A stretch of 64,000 nucleotides of DNA from an uncultured Bacilli bacterium (GTDB lineage: Bacteria > Bacillota_I > Bacilli_A > RF39 > UBA660). This document shows positions 50,538-57,738 of this stretch, one piece after another (position 1 is the stretch's first letter; each line of letters starts with the position of its first letter). The notes under the pieces were generated by a model. It was not told the DNA's origin, made no database searches, and saw only the letters and a list, made by a program, of their open reading frames with translations. The stretch lies in contig CAKOXL010000001.1 in the NCBI GenBank assembly GCA_934130105.1, positions 3,431-67,430 of the forward strand, read 5' to 3'. Position numbers and translations under genes: made by a program.

Positions 50538-51344
50538 GTGGTTAGTATGGAAAAATTAGATAAAAAAGTAGCAATTATTACAGGTGGTGCAATGGGAAAT
50601 GGCAAAGGTATTGCCAAAGTATTTCTTAAATATGGTGCATCAGTAATTATTTTTGATTATGCAGAGAAAATAAAAGAAACTTTAAGCGAATTAAGAGAAG
50701 AGTTTCCAAATTCAACAATTTCAGGCTATCAAGTTGATATCAGAAACGAAAAACTAGTAAATGCCTGTGTTGACGATGTATTTAAAAAACATAATCATAT
50801 TGATATTTTAGTAAACAATGCTGGCGTATGCAGATTAGATACATTTGAAAATATGTCTTTAGAATTAAGAGATTTTCATTTTGATATTAATATTAAAGGA
50901 ACTTGGAATGTAACTAAAGCAGTAATACCTTATATGAAGAAAAATCAAGAGTCTAGTATTGTAAATTTATCAAGTGTAACAGGACCAGTAGTAGCCGATA
51001 GCGGTGAAGTTGCTTATGCAACTACTAAGGCAGCACTTTTAGGTTTTACTAAGTCTCTTGCTATGGAACTTGTTTCAAATAATATTAGAGTAAATGCCAT
51101 TATGCCTGGTTATATTATGACACCAATGGTAGAAGGAATGAGTAAAGAAACAAATCCTACTAATCCAGAAGAAGTTGTTAAGAATATCGCTCTTGGTATC
51201 CCAATGAAAAGACTTGGAACAATTGAAGAATTAGGAGAGTTAGCTGCTTTTTTAGCAAGCAAAGAATCATCTTATATAACGGGGCAAGGAATTATTATTG
51301 ATGGAGGTTCTACATTACCAGAAACTATGGTTATGGGTGTGTAA
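50538..51344 (+). CDS. SDR-family oxidoreductase
   Basis: TGGAMGNGKGIA Rossmann motif, NNAG, catalytic YxxxK (YATTKAA). Confidence 0.75.
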   Translation: MVSMEKLDKKVAIITGGAMGNGKGIAKVFLKYGASVIIFDYAEKIKETLSELREEFPNSTISGYQVDIRNEKLVNACVDDVFKKHNHIDILVNNAGVCRLDTFENMSLELRDFHFDINIKGTWNVTKAVIPYMKKNQESSIVNLSSVTGPVVADSGEVAYATTKAALLGFTKSLAMELVSNNIRVNAIMPGYIMTPMVEGMSKETNPTNPEEVVKNIALGIPMKRLGTIEELGELAAFLASKESSYITGQGIIIDGGSTLPETMVMGV

Positions 51345-51428
51345 TTTACGTATAACATCAGTAATAAGAAAATAGAAATAACTTATGATAAGATTGTAAT
51401 TAATTTAGTAAATATTAAAAAACATAAT

Positions 51429-51459
51429 AGAGAGATACTTTAGTATTTTCTCTTTTTTC
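51429..51459 (+). terminator. rho-independent terminator after the SDR gene
   Basis: agagatac...gtat-tt-tctct hairpin plus T6. Confidence 0.45.
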
Positions 51460-51516
51460 AAAACAAATCATATAATAAAAATTTTTATCTATTCCATAAG
51501 TATAAAAACATCAGTG

Positions 51517-51544
51517 TTTACTAAATGATAATTTATAGTATAAT
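51517..51544 (+). promoter_or_regulatory. putative sigma-70 promoter of cas9 (TTTACT-16-TATAAT)
   Basis: Hexamers read from the sequence; predicted TSS ~51551, giving a ~58-nt structured 5' UTR. Confidence 0.35.
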
Positions 51545-51555
51545 AAAATTATAAG

Positions 51556-51599
51556 GCGCTAGTACAGGTCTATTTAGTAGGCAGTACTACGCTTTTTTT
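51556..51599 (+). promoter_or_regulatory. intrinsic-terminator-like hairpin plus U7 in the cas9 5' UTR, immediately abutting the cas9 RBS
   Basis: gcg(c)tagtac / gtactacgc 9-bp stem with an 18-nt loop, then TTTTTTT (51593-51599); the GGAGG RBS is at 51600-51604. Confidence 0.45.
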
Positions 51600-51609
51600 G
51601 GAGGTAAAA

Positions 51610-54600
51610 GTGAATAAAGATTATATTATCGGACTTGATTTAGGAATTAATAATGTTGGGTGGTCTATTATTGATAATAGTACTAAAAAGATTGAAAAAT
51701 GTGGAGTAAGATTATTCCCAGCAAGTAATGATGCTAGTGAAAGAAGAAGTATTCGAAATGGAAGAAGAAGATTAAAAAGAAAAGATAATCGCATTCAAGA
51801 TGTTTTAAAATTATTTCAAAAGATTCATTTTCCTAATAGCCAAACAATTGATACTAAATTAATAGAAAAAAGATATTTAGGAATTCATGAAAAAATAGAA
51901 AAACAAGATATTGTTAATATTTTATGTTATTTAGTTAGTCACCGTGGTTACATTCCATTTAACGATGAAGAGGTTAACTTCGTTTCTTTAGACGGAAAAT
52001 TACCATGTGAATATTATTATGATTTATACCAAAAAACTGGAAAATATAGGGCTTTAAATTGTACGGTAAAAAATAAAGATTTAGAAAAAGAAATTGAAAC
52101 TTTATTAGAAAAACAGAGTATATATTATCCAGAGTTAAAAGATATTCATAAAGAAATATTAATAATTTTTAATAGAAAAAGAAAGTTTTGGGAAGGACCA
52201 GGTTCAATACAACAATTAACTCCATACGGAAGATTTCAAACATCAGAGCAAGTAGAAGAATATTTACACAATAAGGAAAAAAATCCTAACTATGAGAAGT
52301 ACTTATTTGAAGATTTGATTGGAAAATGTAAGATAGCTATTTTAGAAAAATGTGCACCTAAAGCTAATTTTTATGCTGAACAATTTGATCTCTTAAACGA
52401 TTTTATTAATGTGTCTATTTCAAAACCTGAAAAATTAATTTCTCAAGATAGTGTTTACTTAGATATAGATACTAAAAAATATAAATTTACTCAAGATAGT
52501 TTGAATATGATTTTTGAATATTGTATTTCCAATTCAAAAGTAGTTGTAAAGAATATGTTAAAGAAGTTGTTTGGCCTTAATATAGAAGATATTGATAATT
52601 ACCGTGTAAATAAAAAAGGTGAACCAGAATTTTCTACTATGAAATCTTATCGTATTATTTTAAAAACATTAGAAGATAATAATCTTGGAACAGAATGGCT
52701 AGAAAACATAGAGGAATATAATAGAATTATTTATTATTTAACAGTAGCACCAGGTATTGTAGAAATTACTAAAATGATCGATTTTGATGATAAAATTGAG
52801 TACTGTTTTTCTGAACAAGAAAAAGAATGTTTAAAACAAATCCATGATAAACTAAGTAAAGACGGAATTCTTAACTATCATTCTCTATCAGAGAAAGCTT
52901 TAAAAAGAGCTATTCATGATATGCTAAGTTATCAAATGAATTTTATGCAAGTTCGTAAAAAATTTGATTACGACAAAGAAGCTAGAGAATATTTTTCTAA
53001 AAACTATTCAGATAGTCGTGAAGGTATGCCTCATATAAATAGTAAATTTGTTGAGGAATTAATTGCTTCTCCTCAAGTGAAAAAGACATTAAGACAAGCA
53101 ATTAAAGTTATTAATGCTATTATTGATGAAAAAAAAGAATTACCGAAAGTAATAGTAATAGAATCTACAAAAGAAATGAATGGTAAAGAGAAAAAAGCTG
53201 AATTAAATCGTATGCAACAAAAGCAAGAGAAATTACGAACAGAAGCTAAACAAGAAATCAGTTATTTATATGGTGATGAAAATGTAACTGAAGTAAATAT
53301 CGAAAAAGTTATGCTATTTCATGAAATTAATGGACAATGTCCATACTGTAATCACCCAATTCAATTAGATGATGTTATGAATAATCGTATAGAAATTGAA
53401 CATATTTTACCTAGAAGTAAAAGCTTTGATAATTCTTACAATAATAAAACTTTAGCTTGTTCTAATTGTAATAAGGAAAAAAATAATAGAACACCATATC
53501 AGTATTTAATGCCATTAGGTAATTATGACTCTTATAAAAAAAGAATTCAATCTTTACAAAAAATTTCAGATTTTAAAAGGGAAAACTTTTTATTTGAAGG
53601 AGATATTGATAAATATAAAACTAGATTTTTTAATCGTAATTTAAGAGATACAGCTTATGCTACTAGTGCCTTAGTAGAACAAATTCAACTATTTAATAAC
53701 TATTTGAAACTAAATTATAATAATACACAAGTATTAACATTATCAACTCCAGGCCAATTAACCAGTAATATAAGAAAGCAACAAAATCTAGAAAAAGATA
53801 GAGATGACGGTAAATATCATCATGCAGTAGATGCTAGTATCATTGCTCTTATTGCAACTACACAATTAGGAAAAATATTAATTGATTCTCAGAATAATCC
53901 TAAATTTTGGAAACTTTATAAAAATGTTTTTTCTGGTATTGAAAATTATCTTTATCATTTTAATTTAGCTAATTATAAGGAACAACTAAAAGAAATTGAT
54001 AGTGATGAAAAAATAAAAATATCTTCTCAGATTCAAAAAAATCCTCAAAAGAAATTAGCAAATGCGAATATCTACAAAGTATTTAAGAAAGAAGATAAAT
54101 ATTATCGTATTGACCAAATTGATAATATTTATAAAGCTGACTTTTCTAGAAACGATACTATAAAACAATTTGATAAGTTATTTGATGAAAATGATTCTAA
54201 TATAACATTATTATGTCAAGATAATGACATTGATTTATTCAACTATTTAAAAGAAATTTACCAAACTAGAATAGCCAAAGAAAATCCTTTTGTTTCATAC
54301 TGTAGAGAATACCATAACTTAGATTCTGATAAAGACTTTGATTATTTAAAACATGGTATTCATGTACCAAGTAAGAAAGGTAACAGTCCAGTAATAGTAA
54401 AACTTCGTTATTATACTGCTATCACAACACCATACTTAATTCAAAAAGAGAATATTAATAAAAAAGAAAGTACACTACTAGCATATGATTCTTTAGCCCA
54501 ATATTGTACTCAAGTATTTATGGATTTAGAGAAAAATAAGTTTGTTTTTTTACCTATTTTTTGTATATCTGTTGATTTAAAAAGTGGTAAATTAAAAGAA

Positions 54601-54888
54601 AATGACTCTTTTTATAAAACATTATATGAAAAGTATATTCAAAATAAAAAAGTTAAGTATGTGGCAAGTTTATATAATGGTAATTATTTAGAAATTGAAA
54701 AGAAAAATGGTACTATTGTGAAAGGAGAATATCAAGGATTTCATAAAACAAATAATAAAATAGTTTTAAAAAATGATGTCTATTTTACTACTAATGATTT
54801 ATCTCTTTCTATTTTTGATATTGATGTACTAGGAAATAAGAAAAAAAGATTGACTTTTAGTGTTAAGGATTGTATATTAAAGAAGTAG
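51610..54888 (+). CDS. cas9: type II-A CRISPR-associated endonuclease Cas9 (compact, ~1093 aa from GTG)
   Basis: RuvC-I IGLDLGINNVGWSI, RuvC-II VIVIESTKE, RuvC-III YHHAVDASII, HNH IEIEHILPRSKSFDNSYNNKTLACSNCNKEKNNRTPYQYL (SaCas9-like). The GTG at 51610 is taken as the start instead of the ORF-track TTG at 51598, which lies inside the U-run. No internal stops. Confidence 0.95.
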   Translation: MNKDYIIGLDLGINNVGWSIIDNSTKKIEKCGVRLFPASNDASERRSIRNGRRRLKRKDNRIQDVLKLFQKIHFPNSQTIDTKLIEKRYLGIHEKIEKQDIVNILCYLVSHRGYIPFNDEEVNFVSLDGKLPCEYYYDLYQKTGKYRALNCTVKNKDLEKEIETLLEKQSIYYPELKDIHKEILIIFNRKRKFWEGPGSIQQLTPYGRFQTSEQVEEYLHNKEKNPNYEKYLFEDLIGKCKIAILEKCAPKANFYAEQFDLLNDFINVSISKPEKLISQDSVYLDIDTKKYKFTQDSLNMIFEYCISNSKVVVKNMLKKLFGLNIEDIDNYRVNKKGEPEFSTMKSYRIILKTLEDNNLGTEWLENIEEYNRIIYYLTVAPGIVEITKMIDFDDKIEYCFSEQEKECLKQIHDKLSKDGILNYHSLSEKALKRAIHDMLSYQMNFMQVRKKFDYDKEAREYFSKNYSDSREGMPHINSKFVEELIASPQVKKTLRQAIKVINAIIDEKKELPKVIVIESTKEMNGKEKKAELNRMQQKQEKLRTEAKQEISYLYGDENVTEVNIEKVMLFHEINGQCPYCNHPIQLDDVMNNRIEIEHILPRSKSFDNSYNNKTLACSNCNKEKNNRTPYQYLMPLGNYDSYKKRIQSLQKISDFKRENFLFEGDIDKYKTRFFNRNLRDTAYATSALVEQIQLFNNYLKLNYNNTQVLTLSTPGQLTSNIRKQQNLEKDRDDGKYHHAVDASIIALIATTQLGKILIDSQNNPKFWKLYKNVFSGIENYLYHFNLANYKEQLKEIDSDEKIKISSQIQKNPQKKLANANIYKVFKKEDKYYRIDQIDNIYKADFSRNDTIKQFDKLFDENDSNITLLCQDNDIDLFNYLKEIYQTRIAKENPFVSYCREYHNLDSDKDFDYLKHGIHVPSKKGNSPVIVKLRYYTAITTPYLIQKENINKKESTLLAYDSLAQYCTQVFMDLEKNKFVFLPIFCISVDLKSGKLKENDSFYKTLYEKYIQNKKVKYVASLYNGNYLEIEKKNGTIVKGEYQGFHKTNNKIVLKNDVYFTTNDLSLSIFDIDVLGNKKKRLTFSVKDCILKK
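54850..54878 (+). promoter_or_regulatory. putative tracrRNA promoter embedded in the cas9 3' end (TTGACT-17-TATATT)
   Basis: Canonical hexamers with 17-bp spacing; predicted TSS ~54885-54890, at the anti-repeat start. Confidence 0.4.
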
Positions 54889-54889
54889 T

Positions 54890-54978
54890 GTTTTACACTA
54901 CTCAAATTATACAGGGTTTCCTATTATAACTCTTTAATGAGGAACCCATGGAGAAGCTTAACCGGCTTCTCTTTTTTT
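54890..54978 (+). ncRNA. tracrRNA: tracrRNA (anti-repeat plus two hairpins and an intrinsic terminator)
   Basis: 54890-54915 GTTTTACACTACTCAAATTATACAGG is the reverse complement of repeat positions 11-36 with one mismatch. The following GTTTCCTATTATAAC continues imperfect complementarity (UCCUA pairs with UAGGA) with a bulge. Then come the hairpins GGTTTCCT...AGGAACCC and GAGAAGC-TTAACC-GGCTTCTC plus T7 (54972-54978). Confidence 0.75.
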
Positions 54979-54988
54979 ATTATAATTT

Positions 54989-55886
54989 ATGGCTTTTAGA
55001 AATATTTTAATAGAAAAAGCAGTAAAAGTTAGTTTAGATTTAAATAATATTGTTGTTCGTTTTGAAGAAGAGGATTATTGGATTTCATTAGATGAAATTA
55101 GTACCTTGATTATTGATGATCCAAGATGTAATGTTTCGCTTCGATTATTAATGGAATTATGTAAAAAGGGTATTAGTGTAATTTTTACTGATGAGTCACA
55201 TATGCCAGTTGGTACTTTAACTACTTTATATAATCATAGTAGAGCAGTGAAAAAGATAGAAAAACAAATCACTTGGAGTAAAGAAGAAAAAGAATTCCTA
55301 TGGACAAAGATAGTAGAAAAAAAGATTAATTCTCAAATAGATACTTTAAAATTATTGAATAAAATGGATAAAGTAGAAGTATTAGAAAATTTATTATCAA
55401 CAATGTCAAGTGGTGATTCTACTAATCGAGAAGGTATTGCTAGTAGAACATATTTTAAAGCTTTATTTGGTAGTCAATTCAAAAGATTTAATGAAGATAT
55501 TATTAACTTTTCATTAAATTATACTTATCAACTAATTCGCTCTAAATTAAGTCAAGAGATTGTAGTTAGTGGTTATCTTCCATCACTAGGAATTTGTCAT
55601 AAAAGTGAATATAACTTTTTTAAACTTAGCTGATGATTTTATTGAACCTTTTAGGCCTATAGTAGATTATTTTGTGTATGATATTTTACTAAAATCAGAA
55701 AGTGATTATTTAACGCCAAACATTAAAAGACAATTAGTAAACATTTTAAATCAAAAGATTGTGTATGAAAATTATGAATATAAAATTCATATCGTAATTC
55801 AATTTTATGTGCAAAATTTATTAAATTTCTTAGAAACTGGTGATATACAAAAAATAAAATTTCCGTCATTAATATGGATTATATAA
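54989..55886 (+). pseudogene. cas1: cas1 with a +1 frameshift in a T6 homopolymer (55616-55621)
   Basis: ORF 54989..55633 (214 aa) and ORF 55605..55886 (93 aa) are the N- and C-terminal parts of one Cas1. Deleting one T restores ...HKSEYNFLNLADDFIEPFRPIVD... (~298 aa). Confidence 0.85.
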
Positions 55887-56224
55887 ATTATTATAAACAA
55901 ATGCGAATAATTCTAATTTATGATTTACCAGTAGTCCAAGAAGAAGATAGAAAAATATATTTGAGATTTCATAAAAGTTTAATAACTTTCGGCTTTTATA
56001 TGCTTCAATTTTCTGTATATACTAAAGTAATTCAAAATGATTCATCATTTAAACAGTTAGCTAATAAATTAAATAGAATAATTCCTAACAAATGAAATGT
56101 TATACTTTTAAAAGTTACAGAGAAACAATATCAAGATATGATTTATTTAACAGGGGAAAAGAATAAATTTGATATGTTAGTAGGTGGAAAAGAATTGGTA
56201 GTATTTGGTGAAATTGATGATTAA
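55874..56224 (+). pseudogene. cas2: cas2 with an in-frame TGA at codon 74 (56093-56095)
   Basis: MDYINYYKQMRIILIYDLPVV...NRIIPNK*NVILLKVTEKQYQDMIYLTGEKNKFDMLVGGKELVVFGEIDD; the segment after the stop continues in the same frame and matches the conserved Cas2 C-terminal region. Confidence 0.85.
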
Positions 56225-57107
56225 GTTAAAAATAAGAAATGAATATGATGAATTATTTTTAAGAATTAGAAAAGATAACCATATATTAGTAGAAAATGAA
56301 TTAGGGTATAGAAATTTATACTTAAAATTTTACCAATTGATAAAAGAAAAATAAGATAATTTAATCGGATTTTTAGATGATAAATTAATCACGGGTAAGG
56401 ATTTTATTTTAATAGACTTAATGGATTTAGAAGAGTTATTAGTTATGACACAATACAAAAAAGGAAGCTTATTATTTGATTATGTTAACAGAAAATTATT
56501 AGAAAAAGTAGTAGAAATTGATAATGATTTTTATAATAAAGTATCTATTTTAGTGGAAGATGTTTTTGATAGTTTAGGTGTTAGTTATCAATTAGAAGAT
56601 AATAATCTCAAATTAATTCAATCTTTGTTACAAGTTTATATAGATTTTAAGGATATTACTTCACTTTTACAAATTATAAATAAATTGTTATTAAAAGTAT
56701 TAAGTAGTAGTGACAATAGTAAAAAGTATATTATTTTTTATAATTCTGGCATATTAAATATCGATTTTTCTAACTATGAATGCTGTTATAGTTTTGATGT
56801 TAATAAAAATTTAAATATATCTAAGTATAATTTATTGTCTACTAATTGGGTGTTGGAGTTCTATTTAGATGTTGTACAACAGCAGGTTAAGTTATTATGG
56901 CCTATACACTATACAAGTGAAATAATATATTTTTATTTAGCAAGATATTTTAAGTACTATCTTGGATTTGAAAAACTGGAATTAACTGAGCAAAATGAAA
57001 TTATTATGGCAAGTATTATTAAAAAATTATTTGGTTTTAATCAAATGGTTATTTATGATTTTTCTTTAATTGAACATAACATTAAATCTTTTCTAACTGA
57101 TTTATAA
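56217..57107 (+). pseudogene. csn2: csn2 with an in-frame TAA at codon 46 (56352-56354); intact ORF portion is 56421..57107
   Basis: An ATG at 56217 overlaps the cas2 stop (gATGAtTAA, classic coupling) and the frame is open to 56351 (MIKLKIRNEYDELFLRIRKDNHILVENELGYRNLYLKFYQLIKEK). After the TAA the same frame continues (DNLIGFLDDKLITGKDFILIDLMDLEELLVM...) into the 228-aa ORF ending at 57107. Confidence 0.65.
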
Positions 57108-57114
57108 TTAGTTA

Positions 57115-57123
57115 TGATATAAT
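57115..57123 (+). promoter_or_regulatory. extended -10 element (TGATATAAT) of the CRISPR array
   Basis: Lies 9 bp upstream of repeat 1. A second TATAAT at 57103-57108 overlaps the csn2 stop codon. Confidence 0.35.
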
Positions 57124-57131
57124 ATCTATAG

Positions 57132-57629
57132 GTTTTAGGATCCTGTATAATTTGAGTAATGTAAAACCTTATTTATTTTTTGTAAAAACGAAATTAAGTT
57201 TTAGGATCCTGTATAATTTGAGTAATGTAAAACAAAAATAAGTGATTTTCCAATAGGTGCTAAGTTTTAGGATCCTGTATAATTTGAGTAATGTAAAACT
57301 GTTTCAGTTGTATCGTAATATGTTACTTCGTTTTAGGATCCTGTATAATTTGAGTAATGTAAAACGCTTACCTTTTCATATTAGTATGAAATACTGTTTT
57401 AGGATCCTGTATAATTTGAGTAATGTAAAACATGATTTGTTGCCTATGGCGATAACATACGGTTTTAGGATCTTGTATAATTTGAGTAATGTAAAACGGA
57501 AGAAAATATATTAAAAGAAGTATTGAAGTTTTAGGATCCTGTATAATTTGAGTAATGTAAAACTGATTTTATTGAAGATTGAAACTAAGACAGGTTTTAG
57601 GATCCTGTATAATTTGAGTAATGTAAAAC
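57132..57629 (+). CRISPR. CRISPR array: 8 x 36-bp repeats (GTTTTAGGATCCTGTATAATTTGAGTAATGTAAAAC), 7 x 30-bp spacers
   Basis: Repeats at 57132, 57198, 57264, 57330, 57396, 57462, 57528 and 57594 with a strict 66-bp period. Repeat 6 carries a single C>T change (GGATCT). Spacers are unique. Confidence 0.97.
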
Positions 57630-57738
57630 TAAATTTTTCACATTTTGTTAGTAATTTCATTTTTAGTATTTAAAACATTCTATTAATTGTACTTTTTAAA
57701 AAGTTATTATATAATTAGTATAGTAAAGGAGAATAAAA

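Noticed and set aside
51497-51597. Second tracrRNA copy upstream of cas9 (terminator hairpin plus AAGGCGCTAGT, resembling the SpCas9 tracr nexus AAGGCTAGT)
   Set aside because: Complementarity to the repeat is poor and interrupted. A far better anti-repeat with its own promoter and terminator exists at 54890-54978. The element is kept only as a 5'-UTR regulatory hairpin.
54890-54915. tracrRNA encoded on the minus strand
   Set aside because: The minus-strand reading runs into the cas9 coding region with no hairpin or terminator. The plus strand has two hairpins plus T7 and an upstream sigma-70 promoter, and its anti-repeat is complementary to plus-strand crRNA.
56093-56095. Possibility that the in-frame TGA in cas2 is read as Trp (genetic code 4, Mollicutes-like)
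   Set aside because: All other long ORFs are intact under code 11 with TGA as stop, and Trp is encoded by TGG throughout (e.g. in cas9, der). A code-4 genome of this GC content would show frequent internal TGA codons.
57257-57514. 85-aa ORF (MLSFRILYNLSNVK...) in the ORF track
   Set aside because: It lies entirely inside the CRISPR array. The repeated FRILYNLSNVK peptide is the translation of the 36-bp repeat, so this is an artefact.
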